Shown here: piece by piece, positions 20,051-31,074 of the stretch
How the letters are laid out: each line of letters opens with the position of its first letter
Numbering within the stretch: position 1 is the stretch's first letter
Source of the DNA: Gammaproteobacteria bacterium
GTDB lineage: Bacteria; Pseudomonadota; Gammaproteobacteria; Eutrophobiales; Eutrophobiaceae
DNA length: 64,000 nt
Direction of reading: 5' to 3'
NCBI GenBank assembly: GCA_965238225.1
Contig: OZ250183.1
Span: 800,001-864,000, forward strand
Translations under genes and position numbers: made by a program
The notes under the pieces: model-generated
Told to the model about the DNA's origin: nothing
Seen by the model: only the letters and a program-made list of their open reading frames with translations
Database searches by the model: none

Positions 20051-21271
20051 TTATAGACGTTGTCTTTGATCAATAAAATTAAAACCACATAATTGAATAT
20101 CAATTTTTTTAGTCAAGCCGATAAATTTGAATTTTTCACCCATCTCACCCGGCATGGTTAACTTGCTAACTTGTTGTATCGTTTTTGATCTTTCAATCAC
20201 ATTATCTGTTTTGAGCTCTGATACAAATGAATCTAAGCCACATGCAATTAAAAAATGTGCCTGTGTAGTAAATCCAGAAACATGTAAGCTCGCATTGACA
20301 GCGGTTTCTGCGACAGTGGTAAAATCTACCGAAGCAGTAATATCCTGCAACCCTGGATACAAGAATGGATCGTCATGCACGTGATGTCGATAGTGACAGA
20401 GCAATGTCCCCGCAGCTCTTTGCGGATGAAAATATTCATACCGAGGATAGCCATAATCAGAAATCAATATAAGACCTTTATCCAAAATATCATTTAACGA
20501 GTTTAACCATGGTTTAATATTATAGTTTAATTCTGTGATATAGGGTGTTGGCAATGATTCTTTTAGGGTGCCAAGTAATTTTTTTATATCTATTTTTAAT
20601 TTTTCATCAATATCTTTCTTAATCCATTGAAATTGAATTTGATCATTTTTCTTGATATCACAAGTAATAGCGGCTTCTTTAATCTCATCATCAATTATCA
20701 TACGTTTCACAGGCATGGCATCAATAATCTCATTTGCCAAAATCACACCTTTTATTTTTTCTTCAGGGAAATTACTAATCCATACAAATCGTTTTTCAAG
20801 CTGAGGAATTGAACGCTTAATGTTGCGCTGTTGCCTTTGCTGTAAATCTGCACTGGGCTCAAGCATATAATAGGTTTTTGGCAAAGCATTTTTTCGTTCT
20901 AGGTAACGCATAAGTTCTATTGCCATTGCGCCAGTACCAGGACCGAGTTCAAGAATGCTGCATGATGTTTTTGCGGATGAGATTTCTGATAGAATTTGTT
21001 GGCACTGTTTAGCGACACAACGAGAGAAGAGGGGGGATAATTCCGGCGCAGTCACAAAATCGCCTTGTTCGCCAAATTTAGTAGAACCAGCACTGTAATA
21101 ACCCAAGCCCGGTTCATACAATACCATCTGCATGTATTGCTCGAAACTAATCGAGCCATTATTTTCCATAATGGCAAGATGTATTTTTCTTCGCAGGTTT
21201 TCGCTTAATTTAAGAGCAAATTTATCGGGTATGGGAAGATTCAAATTGCAGCATTGTGAGCTGGGCATCAT
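20051..21271 (-). CDS. SAM-dependent methyltransferase, MidA/NDUFAF7 family
   Basis: LGYY, GDFVTAPE, ELGPGTG, ANEIIDAMP, DYG, QDITASVDF. Confidence 0.92.
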   Translation of the reverse strand: MMPSSQCCNLNLPIPDKFALKLSENLRRKIHLAIMENNGSISFEQYMQMVLYEPGLGYYSAGSTKFGEQGDFVTAPELSPLFSRCVAKQCQQILSEISSAKTSCSILELGPGTGAMAIELMRYLERKNALPKTYYMLEPSADLQQRQQRNIKRSIPQLEKRFVWISNFPEEKIKGVILANEIIDAMPVKRMIIDDEIKEAAITCDIKKNDQIQFQWIKKDIDEKLKIDIKKLLGTLKESLPTPYITELNYNIKPWLNSLNDILDKGLILISDYGYPRYEYFHPQRAAGTLLCHYRHHVHDDPFLYPGLQDITASVDFTTVAETAVNASLHVSGFTTQAHFLIACGLDSFVSELKTDNVIERSKTIQQVSKLTMPGEMGEKFKFIGLTKKIDIQLCGFNFIDQRQRL

Positions 21272-21313
21272 TTTAATTATGAGTCTTCAGTCGCAAACTC
21301 ACTTGGCTTTAAA

Positions 21314-21754
21314 TTACTTGAACTTTGGAAAGCCTGTTTCAATCAGCCATCGCTCAGTTGCCTGATTGTACCACCATGTCTGATTCAATTTTAATTTTTT
21401 AACATAAGCCTCAGCTTCGTGATAATAGCTTACCTCAAAAATAATGAGGGCTTGTTTGGCATTATCCGTTTTTGAATCAAGTATGATCGTCTTGGAAATA
21501 AATTCAACACTCGTCACACTGAAATTTTCAAGGTAATCAATATCCACTTTAGTAAGCTTTTCTTCTTTTGTAATGTGGAAGTTTGCAGCATCTCGATAGC
21601 GACCCCATCTTAATGCTGCACTATACTGCCTGAGTGATTGTTCAAGCTTATTTGCCTGCTTTTTGTTATCCAAAGATGCGCAGCTAGAAAGCAGCATCAT
21701 AGATGTTGTAATCATCATTGACATTAATAATGATATCGAATATTTTAATCTCAT
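21314..21754 (-). CDS. Hypothetical lipoprotein
   Basis: Signal peptide with LSSC lipobox; co-oriented behind hemH. Confidence 0.75.
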   Translation of the reverse strand: MRLKYSISLLMSMMITTSMMLLSSCASLDNKKQANKLEQSLRQYSAALRWGRYRDAANFHITKEEKLTKVDIDYLENFSVTSVEFISKTIILDSKTDNAKQALIIFEVSYYHEAEAYVKKLKLNQTWWYNQATERWLIETGFPKFK

Positions 21755-21820
21755 ATTAGCCTTCCAAGGTATTGATTGTAGAATGTGTTTAGTTTCATTA
21801 TTTCAAGTGTTCTGTAGCAT

Positions 21821-22837
21821 TTATCGGGTGTTTCTCAGAATAATATTTGCCAGAGCTTTAATGTGCGCTGGACGATCATTTAACGCAGGGATATAAAAGA
21901 ATTTATCCCCTCCCGCCGCAAGAAATATTTCTCGATTCCGCATATTTATTTCTTCAAGTGTTTCAAGACAGTCTACAGAAAAACCAGGGCATACAATATC
22001 AATACTTTTAACACCAGACGAAGCCAACTCTTTTAGAGTTACATCAATATAGGGTTTGAGCCATTCTTTGAGACCGAATCGCGATTGGAAGGTCAATATC
22101 CATTCATCTTCATTCAGATTTAATTTTTCAGCAATGAGTCTGGCTGTTTTGTGAGATTCACAATAGTAGGGATCACCTGCTTTGAAGTAGGCTTTTGGAA
22201 TACCATGAAATGAAAATAATAATTTTTCAGCACGGCCTGTTTTTTGCCAATGTTCTGTAATACTCTCAGTAAGTGCATCAATATAATCAGGTATGTCATG
22301 GTAATGTTTGACTAAATGTAATTCTGGAATATCACGCCAAGTTTTCAAAACGTTTGCTATTTTATCAAATGTTGATGCCGTCGTTGTGGCAGAATATTGT
22401 GGGTAAAGCGGTAAAATAATAATCTTTTTCGCATTGGCTTCTTGCAGCTTTTTGAGACTCGCATGGATTGATGGGTTTCCATAACGCATGGCTAATTCAA
22501 CATGAAATTTTTCTGCGGCATGTTCATCTAAATATTTTTGTATCGCAGTAGTCTGTTTTTTTGAGATAGCCAATAAAGGCGATCCTGATTCAGTCCATAT
22601 TTTACGATAAGCAGCAGCGGAGCGTTTTGCCCTAGTTTGTAAGATAAATCCGTGCAGGATAAACCACCAAAGCAGACCATGTATCTCAATTACACGCGAA
22701 TCTGTTAGAAATTCGCCAAGATAGCGTCTTAATGCCAAGGGCGTTGGCGCATCTGGGGTGCCAAGATTTGTCACAAGGACACCAGTGCAGGATACTGCGT
22801 CATGTTTAAAGTCTGCATTCCCAGTATAATGTGCCAT
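21821..22837 (-). CDS. hemH: Ferrochelatase
   Basis: NLGTP, MRYGNP, PLYPQYS, FSFHG, FQSRFG, DCLETLEE. Confidence 0.97.
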   Translation of the reverse strand: MAHYTGNADFKHDAVSCTGVLVTNLGTPDAPTPLALRRYLGEFLTDSRVIEIHGLLWWFILHGFILQTRAKRSAAAYRKIWTESGSPLLAISKKQTTAIQKYLDEHAAEKFHVELAMRYGNPSIHASLKKLQEANAKKIIILPLYPQYSATTTASTFDKIANVLKTWRDIPELHLVKHYHDIPDYIDALTESITEHWQKTGRAEKLLFSFHGIPKAYFKAGDPYYCESHKTARLIAEKLNLNEDEWILTFQSRFGLKEWLKPYIDVTLKELASSGVKSIDIVCPGFSVDCLETLEEINMRNREIFLAAGGDKFFYIPALNDRPAHIKALANIILRNTR

Positions 22838-22946
22838 ATACACCTAAATTACTTGGAAAAGAAGATTACAGCAAGGACGAGAAGCAGCTATATTAATATT
22901 ATGTAGTGGCAGAACTAATTATTTATATTTATATAGAAAGTAAAAC

Positions 22947-23510
22947 ATGAAATTTTGCAATCAATGTGGCGCTACAGTTAGCAAAAAAATCCCGGAAGGG
23001 GATAATCGCCTGCGTTACGTTTGTAGCTCTTGTCAGGAAATTCATTACCAGAATCCTAAGATAGTGGTGGGCTGTATCCCTGAATACGAGAATAAGGTGT
23101 TATTGTGTAAAAGAGCCATCGAGCCACGATATGGGTGCTGGACTTTGCCAGCAGGGTTTATGGAGCTTAGAGAAACTTCATTTGAAGCTGCCTTACGGGA
23201 GACGCTTGAGGAAGCAAATGCAAGAGTGCGCATATCAGAATTGTATACGGTTTGTAGTCTTCCTTATGCAAGCCAAGTTTATATGATATATCGATCACAG
23301 TTACTGGATCTGGATTTTTCTGCAGGAGAGGAAAGTTTGGAAGTAAAATTATGCGCAGAAGATGAGATTCCATGGAATGATATTGCATTTACAACAATAA
23401 AACATACATTAAAATTTTACTTTCAAGACAGGCGCAACAAGCATTTTTGTCTACATACAGGCGACATCATTGACAAGAAAGACGGCAGCTATGATTTTCT
23501 GCCAAGATAA
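22947..23510 (+). CDS. NUDIX hydrolase with N-terminal zinc ribbon
   Basis: CNQCG...CSSC..HYQNPK and Nudix box GFME...ALRETLEEA. Confidence 0.92.
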   Translation: MKFCNQCGATVSKKIPEGDNRLRYVCSSCQEIHYQNPKIVVGCIPEYENKVLLCKRAIEPRYGCWTLPAGFMELRETSFEAALRETLEEANARVRISELYTVCSLPYASQVYMIYRSQLLDLDFSAGEESLEVKLCAEDEIPWNDIAFTTIKHTLKFYFQDRRNKHFCLHTGDIIDKKDGSYDFLPR

Positions 23511-23599
23511 GAGTTTAGAGCAGAACCAGAGTTTAGATGTCAAAGAGTACGCGGTTGTCCGCATAAAGTCTTAGCCGCAAGCTAAGCGAAACCAATCTA

Positions 23600-24856
23600 C
23601 TAACGTTTCATTGCATCAAAGAATTCTGCATTATTTTTGGTGGCTTTGAGTCTCTCCATAAGAAATTCCATTGCAGCCAAGTCTTCCATCGGGTGTAATA
23701 ATTTACGAAGTATCCATATCTTTTGCAGATCATCTTCAGCAGTCAATAATTCTTCGCGACGTGTACCAGAGCGATTAATGTTTATTGCAGGATAAATGCG
23801 TTTTTCGGCAATATACCTATCTAGATGCAATTCCATATTGCCCGTGCCCTTGAACTCTTCATAGATAACATCGTCCATGCGCGATCCTGTGTCAACCAGC
23901 GCGGTGGCAATGATGGTCAAACTACCGCCCTCTTCAATATTACGAGCAGCACCAAAAAATCGTTTTGGTCTTTGCAGTGCATTGGCATCAACACCACCGG
24001 TAAGCACCTTGCCTGAAGCAGGAACCACGGTATTGTAGGCACGTGCAAGACGAGTGATTGAATCCAGCAGGATAACGACATCTTTCTTATGTTCAACCAG
24101 ACGTTTCGCGCGCGCAATAACCATCTCGGCAACCTGAACGTGACGGTTCGCAGGCTCATCAAAGGTGCTTGAAATCACTTCGGCTATGGTGGTTCTTTCC
24201 ATCTCAGTGACTTCTTCAGGGCGTTCGTCAATCAGAAGAATAATCATGTGGCAGTCAGGGTTATTGTGAGCGATGGATTTCGCTAGACTCTGTAGCATCA
24301 TTGTTTTGCCCGCCTTCGGAGGTGAAACAATTAATCCACGTTGCCCTTTTCCTATTGGAGACATCAAATCGATGATTCTTGGCGTTATATCTTCAGTGCT
24401 GCCGTTACCCATTTCTAGAGTGAATCTTTCGTTAGCAAATAACGGAGTCAGATTTTCAAAAAGTATTTTACCTTTTGCTTTTTCTGGAGCTTCAAAATTT
24501 ATTTCTTTAATTTTTAGTAATGCAAAATAACGTTCACTGTCTTTAGGGGGTCTGATTTTCCCGGCAATATTATCGCCAGTTCTGAGGTTAAAACGTCTTA
24601 TTTGGCTTGGCGAGACGTATATATCATCCGGACCCGCGAGATAGGAGCTGTCTGCTGATCTAAGAAATCCAAAACCATCCTGTAAAATTTCCAGCACCCC
24701 ATTACCATAGATATCTTCACCTTTTTTAGCGTGTGCCTTGAGTATCTCAAAAATGACATCTTGTTTGCGAGATCTTGCCAGTCCATCAAGACCAAGTTTT
24801 TCTGAGAGTGTGATGAGTTCTGTTGCTGGTTGTTGCTTAAGTTCAGTAAGGTTCAT
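23600..24856 (-). CDS. rho: Transcription termination factor Rho
   Basis: [30 protein letters not shown]. Confidence 0.98.
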   Translation of the reverse strand: MNLTELKQQPATELITLSEKLGLDGLARSRKQDVIFEILKAHAKKGEDIYGNGVLEILQDGFGFLRSADSSYLAGPDDIYVSPSQIRRFNLRTGDNIAGKIRPPKDSERYFALLKIKEINFEAPEKAKGKILFENLTPLFANERFTLEMGNGSTEDITPRIIDLMSPIGKGQRGLIVSPPKAGKTMMLQSLAKSIAHNNPDCHMIILLIDERPEEVTEMERTTIAEVISSTFDEPANRHVQVAEMVIARAKRLVEHKKDVVILLDSITRLARAYNTVVPASGKVLTGGVDANALQRPKRFFGAARNIEEGGSLTIIATALVDTGSRMDDVIYEEFKGTGNMELHLDRYIAEKRIYPAININRSGTRREELLTAEDDLQKIWILRKLLHPMEDLAAMEFLMERLKATKNNAEFFDAMKR

Positions 24857-25112
24857 AGGTGTAGTTTGGTTTCATGTAATGCGAAATTGTGAAAACGTAC
24901 CTTACGAGTACGCTTACAGGATATAGATCGGTTTTGTTAAAATTTTTTTTTAAACTTATTTAAAATTACTTATAAATTACTTATAAATTAAAATATATTT
25001 TGGGGAGTTATCATTAAAAAATTGAGAAAGTAAAAAATTGAGAAAGATTTTCTCTAAATTTGTAAGCGTAAGCTAGCATGTTGCCAACCCCTCGTCCAGT
25101 ACAAAATACAAC

Positions 25113-25439
25113 TTAAATAGTACTATCGATAAATGCGGCGAGTTGAGCCTTAGATATCTGCCCAACTTTTGTGCCAATAACATTACCATTTTTAAATATC
25201 ATTAATGTTGGGATGCCTTTGACGACATATTTCTGTGGTGTTTGTTGATTATCATCAATATTCATCTTTACTATGGTTAATTTCCCCTCATATTCGCCAG
25301 AAATTTCTTCAAGTACCGGTGCAATAGCTTTACATGGTCCGCACCATTCTGCCCAGTAATCAACAAGAATAGGTGTGTTTGATTTTAATACTTCTTCTTC
25401 GAAGCTAGAATCTGTAACATGTGCGATGTTTTTACTCAT
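25113..25439 (-). CDS. trxA: Thioredoxin
   Basis: WCGPC; rhlB-trxA-rho synteny. Confidence 0.98.
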   Translation of the reverse strand: MSKNIAHVTDSSFEEEVLKSNTPILVDYWAEWCGPCKAIAPVLEEISGEYEGKLTIVKMNIDDNQQTPQKYVVKGIPTLMIFKNGNVIGTKVGQISKAQLAAFIDSTI

Positions 25440-25543
25440 AACAAACCTTAGGATACCTCTATATTATCTTTAGAAATATCCTTGTATTTCAACGAAATTA
25501 AGACACGATTGCAAGCCAAATTGGTCAATTAAATTAAATTTTT

Positions 25544-26833
25544 ATGAATGCACCACATACGACGGATGTAGAATTCAGTCAGCTGGGTCTGGATAGGCGC
25601 TTACTTAAGTCACTTTGTGAACATGGCTTAACGCATTGCACCTCAATACAGGCAGAATGTTTGCCAATAGCTCTTGCCGGGAAAGATGTTGCTGGACAAG
25701 CGCAAACAGGAACCGGTAAGACAGCAGCATTTTTATTGGCAATTATGCAACATATATTAAAAACGCCAGAACGTTCCGGACGTAAAAAACAGCAACCAAG
25801 AGCAATCATCATTTCCCCAACTCGCGAACTTGCCATTCAAATTCATAAAGATGCAATGATGCTTAATACCCATGCAGGGCTTTCATTAGGGCTTGTTTAT
25901 GGGGGCATAGACTATGAAAAACAGCGCAACAGTCTGAATGAAAAAATAGATATCTTAATTGGCACGCCAGGACGTTTAATCGATTATCACAAACAGGATG
26001 TGTATAGTTTAAAGGGTATTGAGATTGTTGTTTTGGATGAGGCAGATCGCATGTTTGATCTAGGTTTTATCGCTGATATTAGATACATATTTAGACGTAT
26101 GCCGACGGCTCAGCACAGATTGAACATGTTATTTTCAGCGACACTGTCGCATCGAGTTACTGAGCTGGCATACGAACATATGAACAATCCTGAAAAGGTT
26201 ATTATCAACCCTAAGCAGGTGACAGCTGAAAATGTGCAACAGACCCTATATCATGTTGCCAATGACGAAAAAATTCCCTTACTTTTGGGGCTCATCAAAA
26301 AAATTGATCCAAAACGCTCTATTGTTTTTGTAAATACGAAAAGGACGGCGGAAAAAGTCTGGTCTTATCTCGAAGGCAATGGTTATTATTCGGCTGTGTT
26401 GTCAGGGGATGTACCACAAAAAAAACGGCAGAGATTATTTAAGGAATTTACGTCAGGAGAACTACCCGTACTGGTGGCCACTGATTTAGCAGCAAGAGGT
26501 TTACATGTCCCCGAAGTGAGTCATGTATTTAATTACGATTTACCTCAAAATGCCGAAGATTATGTGCATCGTATTGGGCGCACCGCACGTGCTGGAACCT
26601 CGGGTGATGCTGTTAGTTTTGCCTGCGAAGAATTTGTCTATTCACTGATAGAAATTGAAGAATATATAGGCCATAAACTACCAGTCAGTGAAATAGCAGC
26701 TGATATGCTGGCCGAGCCAAAATCGCCAGCAAAGATAGCCCGTCCCCGCGCAGGAAGTCTAGGCAAAGGGCGACATAACAGTAGCGGGAGGCGTAACAGG
26801 CCAAGTAATAGGACTACATCAAGAAGGCATTAG
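25544..26833 (+). CDS. rhlB: DEAD-box RNA helicase RhlB
   Basis: AQTGTGKT, DEAD, SAT, HRIGRTAR; divergent from trxA. Confidence 0.93.
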   Translation: MNAPHTTDVEFSQLGLDRRLLKSLCEHGLTHCTSIQAECLPIALAGKDVAGQAQTGTGKTAAFLLAIMQHILKTPERSGRKKQQPRAIIISPTRELAIQIHKDAMMLNTHAGLSLGLVYGGIDYEKQRNSLNEKIDILIGTPGRLIDYHKQDVYSLKGIEIVVLDEADRMFDLGFIADIRYIFRRMPTAQHRLNMLFSATLSHRVTELAYEHMNNPEKVIINPKQVTAENVQQTLYHVANDEKIPLLLGLIKKIDPKRSIVFVNTKRTAEKVWSYLEGNGYYSAVLSGDVPQKKRQRLFKEFTSGELPVLVATDLAARGLHVPEVSHVFNYDLPQNAEDYVHRIGRTARAGTSGDAVSFACEEFVYSLIEIEEYIGHKLPVSEIAADMLAEPKSPAKIARPRAGSLGKGRHNSSGRRNRPSNRTTSRRH

Positions 26834-26966
26834 TCTTGAATGCTAAGCCAGTTATAGCTTATCAATAAGACATAACGTAAGGGTGTTTTGTGTATGCAGT
26901 TTATTTATTATTTTCATTACCCTTCGTTAATATAAGACACACGTATTAATTATTTAAGGATGCCGC

Positions 26967-27128
26967 ATGCAAGGTTGTATTTTCGGAAAATTGATTAATC
27001 TACTGATACTGCTTTTTGCATTGAGCCAAGTAGTTTCGTGTGGGCAAAAAGGCGATCTCTACCTTCCCGATGAACAACAATTATCACGCTTGTCCACTGT
27101 TACTTTTTTTTATTCTTCATTGGTCTGA
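26967..27128 (+). CDS. lptM: Small lipoprotein LptM/YifL/LppL (53 aa), absent from the ORF track
   Basis: MQGCIFGKLINLLILLFALSQVVSCGQKGDLYLPDE...; CGQKGxLYLP signature; AAGGA RBS; immediately upstream of lysA. Confidence 0.88.
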   Translation: MQGCIFGKLINLLILLFALSQVVSCGQKGDLYLPDEQQLSRLSTVTFFYSSLV

Positions 27129-27139
27129 TTCCAAATAAA

Positions 27140-28390
27140 ATGACTGTATTTTCCTATCATAACGGTCAACTATGCGCTGAGGGTGTGGCGCTTTATGAAA
27201 TAGCAAAACGTTTTGCTACACCTTGTTATGTATATTCCAGAGCCGAAATTGAGAGCAGGTGGCAGGCATTTGACGCAGCCTTGGCTTCACAAAAACATTT
27301 AATCTGTTATGCCGTTAAGGCCAATTCAAATCTGGCTGTACTCAATATTTTAGCAAGGCTTGGTTCGGGTTTTGATATTGTTTCTCAGGGTGAACTTGAG
27401 CGCGTACTGAAGGCGGGAGGGCAGCCGAGCAAGATTGTTTTTTCTGGTGTCGGCAAAAAAGCCAATGAAATGCAATATGCGCTGGAAGTCGGTATTAAGT
27501 GTTTTAATGTTGAGTCGCTGGCAGAGCTGAGCAGTTTGAATCAGCTTGCTGCTGCCCTTGGAAAAATTGCACCAGTATCGCTACGTGTGAATCCAGATAT
27601 CGATGCTAAGACACATCCTTATATTGCTACGGGCTTAAAAGAAAACAAATTTGGGCTTGCCTTTGCAGATACGCTTGTAGGCTATGAGAAAATAAGTTCA
27701 ATGGCAAATCTTAATGCTGTGGGTATTGATTGTCATATAGGCTCACAAATTACCAGTATGTCACCTTTCATCGATGTGATTGACAGTCTTTTAGGGCTTA
27801 CGCAAAACATTGAGGCGACCGGGGTTACGTTAGACCATATCAATATTGGCGGCGGTTTGGGCATTAGATATTTGGATGAAACACCTCCATCAGTTTCAGA
27901 ATATGCTGACGCAGTGTGTGCTAAATTTAAAAACGCAAACTATGAGCTTATCCTTGAGCCAGGTCGCAGCATTGTTGGTAATGCTGGTGTGTTATTAACG
28001 CAGGTCGAATTTTTAAAACAGACACCAGATAGAAATTTTGCCATTGTAGATGCGGCGATGAATGATTTAATACGACCTATTTTATACGGTGCTTGGCATG
28101 AAATTTTACCTTTGACGGAAGAAAAGGGCGAAACTAAAATGCGATACGATATTGTTGGACCAATTTGTGAAACTGGAGATTTTTTCGGCAAAGAACGTAG
28201 GTTGTCTTTACAACAAGGAGACTTATTAGCGGTATTATCAGCAGGCGCCTATGGGTTCAGCATGGCATCGACCTATAACTCGCGCCCGAAAATCTGCGAG
28301 GTGATGGTGGATAGGAACGAGGTTTTTGAAGTTAGAAAAAGAGAGACTATTGAGGATTTGATTAAGGGCGAGTCGTTGCTTCCTGAGTAG
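27140..28390 (+). CDS. lysA: Diaminopimelate decarboxylase
   Basis: YAVKANSN, HIGSQ, GGG, EPGRS, GPICETGD. Confidence 0.97.
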   Translation: MTVFSYHNGQLCAEGVALYEIAKRFATPCYVYSRAEIESRWQAFDAALASQKHLICYAVKANSNLAVLNILARLGSGFDIVSQGELERVLKAGGQPSKIVFSGVGKKANEMQYALEVGIKCFNVESLAELSSLNQLAAALGKIAPVSLRVNPDIDAKTHPYIATGLKENKFGLAFADTLVGYEKISSMANLNAVGIDCHIGSQITSMSPFIDVIDSLLGLTQNIEATGVTLDHINIGGGLGIRYLDETPPSVSEYADAVCAKFKNANYELILEPGRSIVGNAGVLLTQVEFLKQTPDRNFAIVDAAMNDLIRPILYGAWHEILPLTEEKGETKMRYDIVGPICETGDFFGKERRLSLQQGDLLAVLSAGAYGFSMASTYNSRPKICEVMVDRNEVFEVRKRETIEDLIKGESLLPE

Positions 28391-28521
28391 TTGTATTTCA
28401 ACTATACATCTTTAGTACTGCTCAGGTTTTGACTACAATGCCCGGCGAGTTATAAAGCTAAAGGGCAATGCCCAGCAGTAAGAAGCGGTGGTTAGCAAAG
28501 GCGGGCGATTTGATATAATTG

Positions 28522-28956
28522 TTAGAAAGTGATCGCGAGGAGTTCGATGCTATTTTTAGCGCGGTCTTGCAAGCCTGATTTTTTATCTTTAATTATGGAT
28601 CTTACTTTCTTTTTTAAGCGAGCTTCGCCAGTAATTAGGTAAGCACGTTTCAAGTAATCAATAGCCAATACAGGGTTACGATCTAACAGATCAGCAGCAC
28701 CTTCATAATAATCCGCTTGGTCTTTAAGGCATTCTATGTACTTTGTGAAATTTTTTGCGAAGGAAGAGTCAAAAACTATATGTTCAGTTCTAATAAAGTC
28801 AGAAGGAATGTCTGCTTCTGGGCTCTTTATAAGTAGAGTTTCTTTTCCTAATGCTTGGGCTATACCTAGCTCGTAGAAGATATTATTTTGAGTTTTAGCT
28901 GGCATAGATTCGTGGATGATGCCTACAGCAATAGGTGATGATGCTATCATTTTCCA
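28522..28956 (-). pseudogene. Probably 5'-truncated nucleoside 2-deoxyribosyltransferase/TIR-like domain protein
   Basis: NIFYELGIAQALGKETLLIK...IPSD motif. The first ~16 codons of the track ORF overlap the cysC end, and no proper N-terminus is seen. Confidence 0.55.
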
Positions 28957-29024
28957 TATTTTAATTAAAAAATATTGAGCCTTACTAAATAACAGCGTAT
29001 GCACAATCTGGGGCATTATGAGGT

Positions 29025-29636
29025 TTAAATAATTTCCTGCTCTTTCAACATCCCAATCACTTTTTTTATACACGCTTCAACAGGCACTTTATCCGTTGAT
29101 AAAATTAGATCAGCATCTTCTGGCGCTTCGTACGGAAATGAAACCCCCGGTAAATCCCCCGTTTGATTATTCTCTTCTGCAGCATAAAGCCCACTGGGAT
29201 CGCGTTGTTTGCATACTTCCAGTGGCGGATTCAAGTAAATAATAAGGCAATTACCTTTACCAATAGTATTGAGTGCTTGCTCGCGTGATTCTTGATCTGG
29301 CGCCACAAACGCACCGCAACATATCAGACCTGAGTCGTTAAGATGTTTTGCGATATGAACACTTCTGCGTAAATTTTCAATGCGACCTTTTTTGTCATGT
29401 GATAAGCCTTTGCTGATGCCAAGACGCATGGTTTTACCATCAAGCACGGTACTCATTCGTCCCACATCAAAGAGCCGACGTTCTAGTGCATGCGCTAATG
29501 TAGTTTTGCCCGAGCCAGATAAGCCAATAAACAGCACGGTCACTGGTTTTTGCCCGTAGCGTTTCGCTCTTTCCTGTTTGGTTACGTGTGCTACAGATGT
29601 GGGTTTTGTCTCTGTTGTGGGTTCTATTTCTGTGAC
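29025..29636 (-). pseudogene. cysC: APS-kinase (CysC) domain detached from cysN; may be translated from GTG 29543
   Basis: AHVTKQERAKRYGQKPVTVLFIGLSGSGKTT...RDPSGLY; same frame as cysN but separated by TAA, TGA and TAG. Confidence 0.75.
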
Positions 29637-29648
29637 CTACGTTTCTCA

Positions 29649-31022
29649 TTATCTTCTATCAATATATGATCTTCTAGGTCCTATACGTTTCTCTCGAGGA
29701 TCCAACATAATCATCCCCGCGCCAACTGTGGCATTACTCAAATGGTCAATGATAATGAATGCACCAGTTACTCTATTTAGCTCATAATAGTCATCAAAAC
29801 AAATATCTTGATCTAGAGTAATTTCACACCTTCCAATTTCATTTAATTGCAACGATGGGCATGTCTTATGCTCTAGGGTATCCATATCAATCTTGTATTC
29901 CAGCGTAGATATGCAACCTGTAATGTGCTTGTTTGTGTGTTTGAAATCATATTGCGTACCAGGCAGCATGGCTTGTTCTGCCATCCAAATAATATGGGCA
30001 CGAAATTTTTTACTCACTCCAGGCAGATTGTCGGTATGTACCAGCATGTCCCCACGGCTAATGTCTATTTCATCTTCTAAAGTCAGTGTGATCGCCATGG
30101 GTGTAAAGGCTTGTTCTAGTTCTTCATCATAGGTAACGATCGATTTAATCTTACTGGTTTCTCCAGAAGGAAATACGCTAACATTATCGCCTTTACGTAC
30201 AACACCTGAGGCTAATGTGCCACAGAACCCACGGAAATTCTGATTAGGTCGATTAACATATTGCACGGGGAAACGCATACCTTGGTAATTTTTGCCGACA
30301 CCAATCTCTACGGTTTCTAAGATAGACATTAATGTATCTCCATCGTACCAAGGCGTTTTATCACTAATGCTAACCACGTTATCGCCGTTTAACGCAGACA
30401 AGGGAATAAACTTTATATTATTTTGTTGTAACACTGCATCCGATGTAGGCAGTCTGTTTGAAAAGCTGAGGTAATCAGCCTTAATATTATCAAATTTCTC
30501 TTTACTGAAGCCTATCGTATCCATTTTATTAATGGCAACGATGACATGCTTGATGCCCAGTAAAGCGACAATAAAACTATGACGCTTGGCTTGTATTTGT
30601 ACTCCTTTTTGCGCATCAATCAAAATGATGGCTAGGTCGCAGTTTGAAGCACCTGTTGCCATATTGCGAGTGTATTGTTCATGCCCGGGGGTATCAGCAA
30701 TGATAAATTTACGTTTGTCCGTGGAAAAATATCGGTAAGCAACATCAATGGTAATGCCCTGTTCTCTTTCTGCCTGCAAACCATCCACCAGTAATGCCAG
30801 ATCAAATTCACCTTCAGTAGTGCCTGATTTAGCACTGGCAGTTTTAATTTCCTCTAATTGGTCTTTATAAATCATTTTTGAATCATGTAACAATCGACCA
30901 ATCAAGGTGCTTTTGCCATCATCAATATTGCCGCAGGTGAGAAATTTTAAAGTATCTTTCCTCTCGTGTTGCGCAAGGTAAGCATCTGTATCTGTGCTAA
31001 TTAAATTAGATTGATGTGGCAT
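29649..31022 (-). CDS. cysN: Sulfate adenylyltransferase subunit 1
   Basis: CGNIDDGKST, EREQGITIDVAYRYF, DTPGH, NKMD. Confidence 0.96.
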   Translation of the reverse strand: MPHQSNLISTDTDAYLAQHERKDTLKFLTCGNIDDGKSTLIGRLLHDSKMIYKDQLEEIKTASAKSGTTEGEFDLALLVDGLQAEREQGITIDVAYRYFSTDKRKFIIADTPGHEQYTRNMATGASNCDLAIILIDAQKGVQIQAKRHSFIVALLGIKHVIVAINKMDTIGFSKEKFDNIKADYLSFSNRLPTSDAVLQQNNIKFIPLSALNGDNVVSISDKTPWYDGDTLMSILETVEIGVGKNYQGMRFPVQYVNRPNQNFRGFCGTLASGVVRKGDNVSVFPSGETSKIKSIVTYDEELEQAFTPMAITLTLEDEIDISRGDMLVHTDNLPGVSKKFRAHIIWMAEQAMLPGTQYDFKHTNKHITGCISTLEYKIDMDTLEHKTCPSLQLNEIGRCEITLDQDICFDDYYELNRVTGAFIIIDHLSNATVGAGMIMLDPREKRIGPRRSYIDRR

Positions 31023-31074
31023 GTATAAGTGGTCAGATAGATAAACTTAAATGAATTTTCTTAAACGAACATCC

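Noticed and set aside
24963-24990. 12-bp tandem AAATTACTTATA in the rho leader
   Set aside because: Two copies in very AT-rich DNA; no support for function.
28470-28500. ops/JUMPstart element
   Set aside because: GCGGTGG does not match GGCGGTAG, and no downstream operon lies on that strand.
29467-29649. 60-aa ORF coupled to the cysN stop
   Set aside because: An out-of-frame overlap with the CysC domain, with no protein-like features.
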